Shown here in pieces: positions 25,733 to 38,323 of a DNA stretch of 64,000 nucleotides (the first letter of the stretch is position 1; every line of letters starts with the position of its first letter). Below the pieces are notes generated by a model. The model saw only the letters and a program-made list of their open reading frames with translations, made no database searches and was not told the DNA's origin. A program made the translations under genes and the position numbers. The stretch comes from Bispira polyomma (Eukaryota): assembly GCA_965649765.1 (NCBI GenBank), contig OZ287752.1, forward strand, positions 42,966,001-43,030,000, given 5' to 3'.

Positions 25733-26070
25733 GAAATGAAAATGAAAATAGTACATTTGTTATAGCGCACTTACAGAACACAGCGTCCTTTCAAATGCGC
25801 TTCCTCATGGGCAGCCACTATGGGCACCGAGGTGCTTGAGGATGATCATTTATCAACGTGCCCAAGGATCTTTAATCTGCAACTGGAAATATTACTCAGT
25901 GACAGAGGACCGACATTTTAAGTGGTCATCCGAGCCAATAGGCAAGCTTGTGTTCACATCTTGCCTAAGGATGTTATCCCACAAAATGAAACTAGCGGCC
26001 GGTGCCGGGAATAAAACCGGGGACCTTCTGATCATCAGACCAACACCCTAACCACTAGACCACGGGGGGT
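25733..26070 (-). mobile_element. tRNA-derived SINE with Deu/Nin-like domain and L2-type tail
   Basis: Minus strand: A box TGGTCTAGTGG, degenerate B box GGTTTTATTCC, CCTTAGGCAAGATGTGAAC, then CTCGGATGACCACTTAAAATGTCGGTCCTC...GATTAAAGATCCTTGGGCAC (Deu-like), tail AAGCGCATTTGA...GTGCGCTATAA followed by (TTTTCA)n. Confidence 0.75.
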
Positions 26071-26389
26071 CACACATAAATAAGGAGCCTTAAAATACAA
26101 TACTTTTGTTTTTTATTATAAGAATTAATATTTATATTGGACTGAGTTTCATTAACATATTGTAACTTAGTTCAGTTCACAGCCTCATGTCTTTATAGTT
26201 TAAGACAAACCAAACAGTAGGGATGTAGCTTCTCATCTTATGGCATATTAACTAATAAAATGTTGTTAAAGCCTAACCAATAACACTAGGAAATAGTAGG
26301 AACATAAAGAAGCAAAGTCGTATTTTATAATAGTAAGGCTTTTTTTGAAAGCCAAATAATTATTGGACCACATATCAATCTAACGTACT

Positions 26390-26525
26390 CAACATCGTGG
26401 TCAAAGCGACCACTCAAAACAATGGTGGTGTCAAAAGTGACCACTTGCAAAATTTGTGTAAGGAAAATGGCGACGAAAATTCTTGGTGACGATGGTGCTG
26501 GTGACGAAAGTGATTTGGTTCATCC
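26390..26525. mobile_element. Right terminus of a non-autonomous DNA transposon with GGTGACGAAA subterminal repeats
   Basis: GGCGACGAAA / GGTGACGATG / GGTGACGAAAG at ~15-bp spacing, ending in GGTTCATCC. Confidence 0.45.
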
Positions 26526-27879
26526 TCTCTCTCTATATGTATGTATACTTATACCGTGACCAGCAGTTACCTAACACCAGTCCCTGTATACTGCCACTCC
26601 ACTCCACTAACAAACAAATCACATTCTCACTGGTCATTCTATATAAAACTGACCCCCGGCCAGTGTCTACCCCTTACTTCCGGGTGAGGATTTGGAGCCA
26701 CCATTCTCTTAATTACAACCCATTATAGTATTTATTCTGCTTGGTAGACTTAAGGGCTAAAACTGTGTAATGGTCTGCATGCTTTGAGACTAAAACATTT
26801 TAGACTTAATTTTGAATATCATCATTATGGCCTATGTCTTAATTTGAATCAAAATATTTGTTGAGTTGTACCGTTTTCCATGTTTAGATAAAGATGTATA
26901 CTATTTAAATAGTCAATTAACATTTAAAAAAAAAATGCTCCAATCTTCAGAGGTTATATTATTGACCATTATTTGAAGTGAGTATTTTGTACATATTCTG
27001 TGTACCATTTAGTTTTACCCCTGTGGAGACACATATTTAGAACAGTGGTAGGTGGTTTTGTGTTGAAACACTTCCACTCTGAAGACTTATCTGGGGGGAT
27101 TAGGCCAGGGAGACAGACGGGTGTCACGTGACACAGTAGGGCTACTGATGGAGTGAGGAGACAAGAGGAGAATGAGGGCTCAGGTTTCACAAACTCCCCG
27201 ACCATACACACGGCCCTAGGCCCTGGGCTTTACTGCCTCTTCATCATCCAGCACTTATGAAATCAATTCTACTTAATAGGCAGTGCTGTCAAGGCTTTTG
27301 TTTCTGTCAGAGCTGGGTTCGGAGGAAGCCTTCATTAGGGGTAGACTTCCTCAAGTCTAAGATTTCACCCAAACACCCTTGCTTGTAACTGATGTGCAAT
27401 GGGAAGATTAAGCAAGAAAGGAGATTCTCCCACAGGGACAAACTACACCACAGAGCTTAGACACATAAAAGAGACGCCTGTTAGAGGTTCTATATCACTG
27501 GGATGAGTCTATGGGGGATGGTATCACTGCTCTAAGCTGGTAATGTCTTATATAATAAACTTGCACAAGGGAGGGGTAAATAGAATCTTTGTTATAGCCA
27601 GGTTGTCTCTGAACACAATATCTGAAGCCCAGCAACACACCTACTTTGCTTCTCACATTGGGTTTTGAGTATTTATATTCAAATGTATTTGTAATCGAAC
27701 TGACATGTTTTTTAGGGCAAAATATTTGTATTCGAATACATTGCAAATGGGTATTTTGCATGGTATAAAAGTTATATGAATAAGTTACCATGTTTTTGTT
27801 TTCAAGTACACATGCATGTATCCAGAAATAACCAGTCCAAAATTACTGGTTCAGTTTCAATAGTCTTGTAAAACACAAG

Positions 27880-28300
27880 CTATCTAATGGACCACAGTGC
27901 TGGCACCATTCTTCCTAATAACATCCATGAAGTTCAAACCACTCAAAGTTGCCTATACAATGCGCCTATACGTTCAACATTTTAGCCCAAATACTATTAA
28001 TACCAACAGCCTTGCCATTCTTCAATGTTTGCTTTTATACTTCATCCTTTGTGGATACCTGTATTGGCATGAGTGTACCGGCCAGAAGGACCAGATCTTG
28101 GGTTTTCTCAACTTCCACGCCAATGTTCCCATTTGATTTGAGACCATAACAAAAACTTTTTAGTGTTAGAACTTAGGTCTCGTATTTTAAACGTTGCGTA
28201 CCCACCTTATGTCATTTGCCTTCGTTATCAATTTTGCTGTTGCACCTTTGGAAATGTCTCACACCAATAGTTCACCATAAAAGTCCAGTAATATAAATAC
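27880..28300 (-). mobile_element. Highly decayed non-LTR (RTE-like) ORF fragment
   Basis: Minus-strand frame STKDEV*KQTLKNGKAVGINSIWAKML resembles the conserved pre-RT motif EVxxAIxxLKNGKAxGxDxIxAEML. Confidence 0.4.
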
Positions 28301-31300
28301 ATTTTCCAGGGCCCTTTTTAGCCTGTTTTATGGTCTTTGTCTGTGATACAAAATTGCTTAGATAGTTTATTTACATTACTTACCATATACCATTTTTGCA
28401 GTCTCTTCTAGTTGATATGTTACACTGTGAAAACATGAAAAGTAATGTTATGATATGGTTTCAATTCAGTTTCCAACTGCATCTTCTTTGATGTATTATA
28501 TTTATATCTTCACTAGGATGACATTTATCGTAAGTGTGTTATTAGGGGTTGCACACATTCCTTGATTTTACTAAAAAAATTGTGAAAAAATTACTGCAAC
28601 TTTAAAAAATGCATGAATTCATAAACAGTTTTTACAAAAAGCTTCATTCTAGAGAAAATTGTACTGTCTACCCGAACTGCTGATTTCATGTTTTCCTATG
28701 ACCAGGGACAGGGAATCAAACCAAAGTGGTTTGATATACAATTAAGAGCATTATCCAACATCAGAAACTGTGAGTAAAATGATATTCTGAAGCCTGTTAA
28801 TTAATTATATCTTATTCCACTCACAATAGCTAATGGCTGCTATGAGCTAATTATTGGCTAATTGCATAATGTGGCAGTTCTCACACTTGTGTGAAGAGCT
28901 TGTTTACCTCAGTACAAAGATAGCCTTTCCTAGGATCAGAAGTGTGTTTTGCTGCACAAAATCATATCCCTTGAAATCATATAATAAGCTATTAGGAATT
29001 AAATCACGACCAATGCTGGTCAGTAAGAGTACTTTTTATCGAGGTACAAGGCATATTTAAGATAGTGAAGTAACTGTTTCTGAAGTCACTAAGGCTTGAG
29101 CCTTAATTTGGGCTAGTGTAAACTGTATCATTCCATGTCCTTGTTAATGAGAGAAAAAAAGCCACCAGGAAAAGATCTGTTGACAAGGCGCAGGGATACC
29201 AAACAAAAGGCCTAATAGATCCACTGTCTTTTCCCCCGCTTCTTCTTCACAAATTGAGACAATTTGTGTGTGAAACAAGCCACGTCAGTAAGCTATTACC
29301 CTATTAGGAGGGTTGGGCTTCTCAATTCAGATAGCAGCCGGCTAAAGACAGGAAATTAAGACAAATGGAAGACAGCAAATGAGAGCTAGTCTTTCATTCC
29401 TCTGGAAGATAATAGTTCACGATCTCCCAGTTTTCCAGGATAAAGGCCTGTAATTAAGAAAATTGCATTGAAACGCATATCATACTGCTTCCGTATTTTG
29501 TCGTGCTCAGCATGTAAGCTGCTTAGCTCTTCTATGGCTGCGGATCTGGCACTCTGATTTGTGAGGGGAAGTCAGCCTGAGGGCTAGCCTTAAACTCCAG
29601 CTTTTAGAACTGGACTATTTGACTAGTAAAGGCACGATTTAATACAGCTTCATATCATGAGAACACAAACAAAATACAATTACATGTAACTTCAATATTA
29701 ACAAAAATATTAATTTCTTATACCCATATTTTTTCGAACAAACTATTGATGATTACTTTATCATTATTTTAATGTTATATATCGATTTGAATAGCTGATG
29801 ACTTTTATAAAAAATATATGGAGGCAGTAATGTAGAAACAGATTGCTGTTAAAGTTGAAATAACAATATTAATGTCTTATAAAAGGGGTGAGTGTGAATG
29901 TTATAGTAACAAATGTTACAGTCTGATTTGTAAATATAAGCAGGTGATGTCATACAAAGTTTGGAAACAGTGTTCTGCCACCACAAACCCTACTTATGTG
30001 TGCAATTACCAATCAGCAGTTGTAATTTCAGGGAAGAGTGCACTTAATTTACTTCTGAAACAATATTATTAGTGACGCCATCATTGTTTACTATCACACA
30101 TAAATTAGGTCACCTTATATACATTTATTAAGTAGACTATATTTTCAGACCATCGTTACCATTGGGAGAACACTAAAACCCAGTGGATATGTTGGTCGTT
30201 AATTGAAGCTAAAATACAAAGGCTGTTTGGGTTTGCAATGCATTCACTTCATGCTCCTGACGTCAGTGGTAATGAATGGCTTATTCTGTGACAAAAGGTG
30301 TAATCTCATTAATATAAAGGTGCAAATCATCACATTGTTTAACAAACCATCGCCTGTCTTCGTGTAAACACAAATAGCTTTTTGGTGAATCACTTATTTG
30401 TGATTTAAAATTTTACGGCACATTTGTCTTTGCGTTTTGTTGACCAAGGACTGAAGTAAAATTGGTTCTACAACCACTAAACTGCCCCCTTTCGTGTTCA
30501 ATCCGCCAGGCCTTTTGAAGGCATGAAATCGAGAGTAAACCTCGTGCGTGTGAGATTTGAATAAGATCTGCAGTTACACAGGGTGTGGGTAATCAGGAAA
30601 TCAGCCTACCGGAAAATCTCTTCAGCCGGATTTGTGGTGATCACGTGACTTGTTGGCAGGGAATTCATTAAAGTAAAGAGTCACAGTGTTCCAGTAAATC
30701 TGTCAGGAATTCTTTTATTGTTCACGAAAATCATTTGCCAAAAAATCATATACTGCTAAGATAAAAAAAAATATTTCAAGTGTTTTTTTTTTTTATTATT
30801 ATTTTCGGGGACAGTTAGCACAAACATTAAGGCAAACATAACCATAATTTTATTGCCAAAATTGCACTTACTATTTCCTAAGAATATCTGTATGTTGAAG
30901 CCTTCCAACTCTAAACCAACGAAGATAAATGTTCTGTGCTACCACTGACATTTTGGCGGTCAGACCTTCTTTAAGGGTCACGGGAGGACCCAAAATAGGT
31001 CACTGAGGGCCACGTGAGGACCTAATATAGGCCGTCTGTGTGTAAAGTAGAAATTTTTACTCTTGATGAAGTTTTACATCCAACTACAGTTTGATGTGGG
31101 AGAACTGTCGAGAATTAGGAGTTTGTTTAAAATTAATAGTCTGAGCCGAAGCAGAGGACAATTAATTTAAAGAAATTTCTGATTCGAGATCATTCTCTGA
31201 TTTAAACTGCTGAAACCTAAGGTGACAGTAACAAAGTGTATTTTTAAGTATCGTTTAAAGTCTTTTCGAATTTCCAAATACACCCAGTATAAATATAAAT

Positions 31301-31719
31301 AAAAGTAAGGCGATACAATTTTATGTTATATTAATTTTATAGAATAATTTTGATAAATAAATGTAATATATATTTAAAAGTTACTGAACACGATGTACCA
31401 ATGTAAACTTGACCTGACTAATTTATTTAGCAAGGTCATTAATTAAATGAACTAATAGAAATGCACTAATATGTGGCACAGAAATGGGACAGGACACTCT
31501 TCAAATAATACAAACATTTTTAGTGGAATCTCTACACCTATAAAAGGGTTAAATAGTTTAAAAAAAACAGTACATTCTTTAAAAAAGAAACTCCTGTTTT
31601 ACAGAAAATCAGGTGTTTTTTTGTAAAAAGAAACATCTGTTTCAAACAATAGGTATAGAACAAAAAGGAGTTTAATTCAACATATGTCCCCCTCTTTTAT
31701 CCGTTCAATGTTTAATATT

Positions 31720-33100
31720 GGCGTTAGGAGAGAGCAAATAAGTATTTGCGGATACTTATCTGATAGATCAATGCTAATGATGACAACACCAGTATGACTG
31801 ATCCAGGATCATTTTGGTGTATTGGTTGCCGGGAAACGACATGGGAATTCCAACTGAGGATCTTACTAGTCGTCAGACTTTCAATCGGACTAAGCAAGGG
31901 CATCCAGATCAGGGTAAAACACATCCCAGGGAGTTTGATTGTTAGCAGTCAAAGAGATATGGTGACAAAGCCTTTGGAAAGGCAGCTCCAGAATTTTAGA
32001 ATAAAATTCCTGGAGATATATAAAACAGTGCATCAGTGACTTCATTCAAAAACACAATTACAGTCACACCGTTTCAGAAGGGCTTGTTGTATGTAAATAT
32101 GACCTAAATATTCTTTCTATTATTAGTCCTCGCCAAATTGCTAGTGAACGGATATAATACTCTGACATTACCGCTATATATTCAGCTATTATATATACAT
32201 ATATTATAGCAGACTTCTATCAAGAATGGGTGAGACCATTCAAACAAAGTGGCCTCTTCATCCTCGGGTTTTCAGGTTGTTTTGTCAAACATGGCACAAG
32301 CTGATAGTAAAGGTGGATATGTTTGGCCACAGAACTAAACAACAAATATACAATGTACATTTCACCTATCCTAGACAATCTGGATGGGAAATTAGATGCA
32401 TTGCCCATCTATTGGTAGGATTTGGATGGTTATACCTTATGTCTCATAACGATCCGCCCTCAGTTAGTGCAAAGAATGGTCCCCTACAGGTGCAAGATGA
32501 TTGCCCTTAGCTAGTGCAAAGAAGGTCCCCTACAGGTGCAAGATGATTATCATAGCACCAGGGTGGTAAGGGATGTCCGTGTTTTAGGACCTGATCGACC
32601 ACTTGACCACATCACCTCTGATACTTCCTTCTGAGGGTCTTCAGTTAAGACTATCTCAAAAGGTTTGAAACTAAACTTTTGAGCCCCTGTGAAAATGTTG
32701 ACTTTCAACACCATATTTTAAATGGCCTTGGCTTCAGGAAATAAAAGGAGTGGGTCCACTCTTGAATTGATGATTCCTTTAGGACAGATAGACTGGTCGA
32801 GGTCCCTTTTGACCATCTCCAGCCTTCATATCTAAGAATCACCTGGCTTCTGAAGGTCCTTTGTCTGTATAGTCAGTTGTTATTCTGGCTCTAATTTATA
32901 CACTGGATCCATCCTTAACTGAGGTTAGGTCATTTTGCCAAATTTGGCACTGAGGTGCTATCTTGACAAGAAAGACTTTAGAAAAGGCAAGAATCTTTTG
33001 TGTGTAGCTATTTAGGAGGGTTACTCAAAGGCTATCTCTAAGGCAACCATATCATCCTCGATTAGAGAAACTATTTTGCTAGCTTATAAAGCTAATAGTA
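31720..33100 (+). mobile_element. Degenerate DIRS-type tyrosine-recombinase retrotransposon
   Basis: RNase H-like IRVKHIPG; downstream IQTKWPLHPRVFRLFCQTWHK..VDMF (DIRS post-RNaseH/methyltransferase-like region); YR motifs FEPL, TIF*MALASGNKRS and EGYSKAISKATISSSIRETILLAY, in the expected order. ~250-bp interruption at ~31955-32210. Confidence 0.8.
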
Positions 33101-34586
33101 AAAAAAGATCTTATAGAGGAATAAAAATGATCTTGAATTTGGCCAATGGTTACCAGTCTGAGTAAAATGGGGCTGTTTATAGCTGCCTTTTAGAACTTTA
33201 TACAAAGACCCTTATTTTCATCCACTGCAGCATATTTCTATTCATATTTTCAAACTATCCTTAAAATGTTTTGATAAATTTAGTGTCACAACTACATGTC
33301 ATTCAAAAAGTAAATACACCATTATTCCACCAAGAATAGGTATTTGTTTACAAAATGCCTAATTGACAGAATCGTTCATACTGTTCAATATTTGCCACCT
33401 GCAAAAAAAAAGAAAGAACGTTTCAAAATTTAACCCAACCTGACAATGGTTTATTAACTGAAGTTGCTTTAACTAAGTATTTATATACTTAAACCAGCAA
33501 TTTATTTTTAATACTTTTTCTACTTAGAAATCAATTTTGAGCCTTTGGAGAGATCGCTTATCGGGTCTGAAGCAAAAAAGAGGGCATGTATCAAATTTAC
33601 AGAGCTGATTGTCCCCCATTTTCCCAGCCATATTAACCTTTCAACCAAACTCTAATTAAAGCGTTTAGCAGGAAACATGAGCTGGTCTTTTAATATATTT
33701 GGTTAAATTAGAGTGGATTCCATTCTGTGCGAGGACCAGTTGGTATTGACCCGCAACAAAGACCACTGAAAATGACATAATTGCTTTAGCTGGGAAACCC
33801 ATCAACGACCCTAACTAGGCCTCTGACAATAGGATCTCGGGTTACCCCCCCCCCCCCCCCCACTCTCACACACCCCAGTAAGACATCCCCTCACAACAAA
33901 GTGCTAGTTTTCTTTAACAGATTGTCTACTTTTCAATTACCTTACTTCATCACTACTAGTATAGAGTTGTGTAGTAGATATTAATAGAGTCAAATGTCAG
34001 AGATTAGCTCACGCCCCCTTACCACCTAGTAATGTCTGGTGTGCTGCTAACAACTAATATCACTATCTCAGGACTTACAACACCGGGCTTTTTATCATCG
34101 GATGAGTTTTCTTTTTTTGTAAATGATCTTTCTTGTGCGGTGGTTCATTCACAGGGTTTGTAATATAGAGGCAAAGATTCAGATTCTTTTTATGAACTCA
34201 GCTTCTGGTAAACTCAGCTTGACAACTTGACAATGAAGTCACAGACAAGTTTAAAGTCTTATAATGGATGGATATCTTATACTTAAAGTTATAATCATTA
34301 TGTAGTATTTGGATTAAATGTAAGGTTAATATTGTTGTAATTAATCCAAATAAACACAATTTGTCAGCATAAGACATCCCATATTTGCTTTGCCCCTCTT
34401 TTGTTCTCACACTTTGCCCAAGTTACTGTGAATCAGAAGAGATTGACAGGTTTGGTTTGACACACTGTTTGACTGGTGTAGAAACGGGAAATTTAAATTT
34501 TACACTTCCGTCCTAAACATTTTAGAGTAATCGATTTCTATTATAGTAGCAGAGATATTGGAATTATAGCTTGCTATAAGTATTTA

Positions 34587-34947
34587 GGATTCTAGGACAA
34601 AAGCCATTACCTGACAAAGCCTACCCCACCCCTGTTTTTCAAGGGGTGAAGAAAAAGAAGGACTTGTTTACATAAATATATACATACAAAAATATATATA
34701 TAACAAAAAACAGAAATAAAAAATATAAACAGTGTCTCATAGATTAATATATACATACATTTAAATTAAAACAAACCCCAAATATATAAAATGTACGATA
34801 GATAGAATGATTTACCAATCTAGAAAACCATGAGTGATGGTGGGGGTGTCCTATACCTTAAAAGATGAGAGGATGAGGCTTATGCCCTATGCTCTTGGGG
34901 GGGGGGGGGGGGGGGGCTTATGTCAAAGGGGCCTTTATCCGTCCACC
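34587..34947. mobile_element. MITE with imperfect TIRs
   Basis: Left GGATTCTAGGACAAAAGCCATTACCTGACAAAGCCTACCCC versus reverse complement of right end GGTGGACGGATAAAGGCCCCTTTGACATAAGCCCCCC; AT-rich interior. Confidence 0.5.
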
Positions 34948-35086
34948 AGTTTTTTGAGGGTAATATGTTTTAGAGCATCTTACTTTTGGAAAATGTTTTA
35001 AACTATTAGCAGATGCAGAGGACAGGGCTCTAAGTAGCAGTATATCTAAATTCAAAACCTTTCTTCATTCAAAACATATAATTATT

Positions 35087-35440
35087 TATTATTATTATGA
35101 ATTTTTAACCCGCTTTATTGATGCTAGGCATCTTCTAAAGTGTAACAGCAACATCATTGATGCGATCGTAAAGTCCATAGCAAGGTCATAAGGAAAGATG
35201 TAAGGGCGTACAGGAGGGAAGCTAAGGTGGGTAGGCAAGCTTAAAAAGATAGGTTTTAAGCTTTTTCCTAAAACCGATGTGTCTATCAACTGATATGAGG
35301 TTAACTAGGAGACTATTCCATAAGCAATGCAGAAAGCTCTGGATCCCGCCTTCCTGATAGGCCTGACCGAAGAAACAGAGTCTGTTGCCTCTCGTACGGT
35401 TTCTGAAGGAGAGAAGGTAGGAGGGCTGTTGAGTTGACTA
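35087..35440 (-). mobile_element. L2-clade LINE 3' end
   Basis: Minus strand LWNSLLVNLISVDRHIGFRKKLKTYLFKLAYPP*, homologous to the peptide at 1-141, followed by 3' UTR and tail. Confidence 0.8.
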
Positions 35441-36859
35441 CAGCCTTAAAAGTGGTAACTTAATTCATATGGAAAGTTGTATACCTCAGGGATAGCTCAT
35501 ATTCTTGATTTTGGTTTTGTTTGTTGGGGTTATAAAGATGATAAATGTATTAGTGACACACAAAATCGGGTTTTGAGATTATTTCTGGCTCTCAACAGGG
35601 ATTGAGGCGGAAACAGCATTGGTCTTAAGGCCACGGGAACTGGAGGTAACTAGCAAGTGGATTGAAGGTGTTCCCATGCCGTATGTGCAGCTGATATTAG
35701 TCATCAATAAAAAAGGTTACATTTTCAAGTATTACCTAGTAAAAATGGTTACTGTTCAGCACAAACAAAAACCAGGGCATGCCATTTCCAGTTGAATAGT
35801 TGTCATTAGATTCAATATGCAATAAGCAATTTAACATGTATAATAACTAATAACACATTTAATAATTAACATATTGTAGTACGTATATTGATATTATTAT
35901 TAACGCATCTTCTTTTCTCTTATTTAAAAAAAAAGTAATGTGAAGGTACCACAAATTCCTTTCTTTATGAAAGTTTACGATTAATTCTGGAATGCAATAA
36001 AGTGGGGAGTGACTAAGTGGTGAAATCAGAGGAAATGAATGACGTCAGTAGAGTGGTATTTTCTCTCTATTGTCAAACATAATGTCGGCAAACCTACAGA
36101 CTAAGATGACATTTTTCAAAGGTGGATCTCATTCTCTAAGCTTAATATTGTGGATGGTGCACTCTCTAATAGACGCCTAATACAGACCCAGGAAGGAGTT
36201 TGTCAAAGAAAAACACTCACATGTCACCGGCTTTCAATCAAATTACTGTTAAATGACAATATAATAATGTCATATACGCAACCACTCCCCCCGTTTTTAA
36301 ATTCTATTCAATTTTTGTTTTATTCTTTTATCCTCGTTTTGACGTTTATTGATTTGATGTTAGCCTATAGAACAGAGTGAATGGAGACAACTGTCGTCAA
36401 TTGAATTTGTACTTTAAAAATGCATTAAATTCCAATGTGGACTCCTCTGTTAGGGTTTTTAAAAGGGAATGAGATAACTCAATTATAATCAATTTGAAGA
36501 AAATTGGCTGCATGAGAATACCCCTCCCCGGGTGGCTGAATGAACAAACGTGGTGGAAAGTAAAGGCACAAACATGCTGGTGACAATTCCTTGAATAGAG
36601 CCACTATTAACAGTCCTCCAAACTCGGCACCAAGCAGATTAAATGGGCGGGCAAACAGACCTAATTATGCACAGTGGTGTGGCCCTCAGATCTCCTCTTC
36701 CACAACACATCTCGTTTGTCAAGCTTATTATGGGGAGAATGGAGCACTGACTAGAGTGTGCTATTATCTCTGTAGGCTGAAAGACGGGAGGGGTGGGGGG
36801 AGGCTGGCGGGAACTGTCGCCCAGTACTTAGCTTTTAGAAGTCTACGAAGAACTCGGGG

Positions 36860-37030
36860 GAATCCACGCCCCAGTTTATCGAAAACGATTGGGTCCTCAG
36901 CCAATAGAAAGCGTCCGTGTGATTGTGGTGGTGTAATTCAGGACAGCCTATTGAGAGGGAGACAAGAGAGGTGGAGAAAGGCGAGTGGATTAAGGCTATA
37001 AAAGGACAGACACTGGTCCTGGTAACCAGC
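36860..37030 (+). promoter_or_regulatory. Hmx core/proximal promoter
   Basis: GC box CCACGCCCC 36864-36872; inverted CCAAT (ATTGG) 36888-36892; CCAAT 36901-36905; TATAAAAG 36997-37004; a CA dinucleotide ~30 bp downstream (~37027-37028) as likely TSS. Confidence 0.7.
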
Positions 37031-37331
37031 AGAAGTGGACATGGTGTCTTGGAATAAGGTTATTAGCTAAGGAGTGAAGCAGAATTAAACACTTACATCA
37101 GAGAATAAATAAATTCTAGAGATATCTTAAAATATCTATTCAATGATGACAATGCTTCAAACAAACCAAAGCTTGGGATTATTTCTGTAAAATTCATTGC
37201 TAGCTTGGAAGTCTGTGTAACAACTGGAAGGATTTTTTATAAGAGAATAGAGCATATCCAAGTGACCACTATTTGACATTTAGTTGTTAAATAACCATTT
37301 TATTTAAGAAAGAGGTGTGTGTGGAGTGAAA

Positions 37332-37857
37332 ATGATGGAAGTGAACCCAGTTAGTGGTGAGACTTCAGTGTGTAATAACAGTAGTGGTATGAAGTCCCCT
37401 GTCTCTGTACAGAGCCCCAACAAGACTAGCACAATGGAGCCTCCCCTAAAGAAGAGGGCTGGATTCTCTATCAGTAGTATTCTGGGAGAAGAAGACAACA
37501 ACAAATCCAGAGATGATATGGTTACAGAGAGCTCTATGGACAGGACTACACAGCATAGCTTCTCTCCACCTATAGACAGAGACACAAAACTAGTAAGTCC
37601 AGAGCCTAGAAAGAGCACCTCACCGAGCAGCGCATCACCCATCAGCCCCATCCACCACCTACCAGACCCAGCCAAGTACAACGCCTTCTTGGCACAGTTC
37701 TCAAATCCAGACGTAGCCAAACTCTACCGGTGGCCACTGCTCTGGAGTCCGTTTATGGGAATGCCACATGGATCACCAGCCGGGACACATCCGGGTCTAC
37801 TGAGACCTCCCTTCTTACAGCCTCCACCATTTGCACAGCCACCAAAGAAGGAAAAAG
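37332..37857 (+). CDS. Hmx: Hmx/NK5 homeobox gene, coding exon 1 (eh1 repressor motif)
   Basis: ATG ATG at 37332 opens a frame containing the eh1/TN motif FSISSIL (37464-37484) and a Ser/Pro-rich region. It ends at donor AG|GTAATG after 37857 (phase 1), which joins in frame to exon 2. An alternative start at ACAATGG (37434) is possible. Confidence 0.88.
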
Positions 37858-38323
37858 GTAATGTGACATTATTCAGACCAATTCACTGGTGTATGTGTAA
37901 TAAAAAAGATGTAGACATGTATTATAAATAAAAGCGAGAATCACATTAAATGTACTTTCAAAGATTTTGTGCTACACAATTAATTTGGTTTGAAAAAAAA
38001 AAAACACCCTGATAGCTCAATATATTAATTTATACATGCAAAAAATGTAGTTTCAAACTAATCATTATTGTATTTTTCTAAACTGAATCTTTAAATTATA
38101 ACTTTGGGAGTATCATTTTGTGTGAGAAGCTCGAAATTTGCAAAACCAAATATATGTTTGGTCAGTAAACAGTAAATTATATTGCTGAAATATCTTAGAA
38201 GTTAAACATATATTTTTATATTTAATAAGTTAAAAATATTTTACAAAAATATGTTTTTGTACCTTGCATCAGAAGTACCTTATACACTATAAATTAATAG
38301 GATCTGTATCTTTTTATTTCCAG

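Noticed and set aside
36591-37001. 136-aa ORF upstream of Hmx
   Set aside because: Non-ATG start, spans the GC-rich promoter and ends in the TATA box; no domain similarity.
37304-37720. 138-aa antisense ORF
   Set aside because: Shadow of Hmx exon 1.
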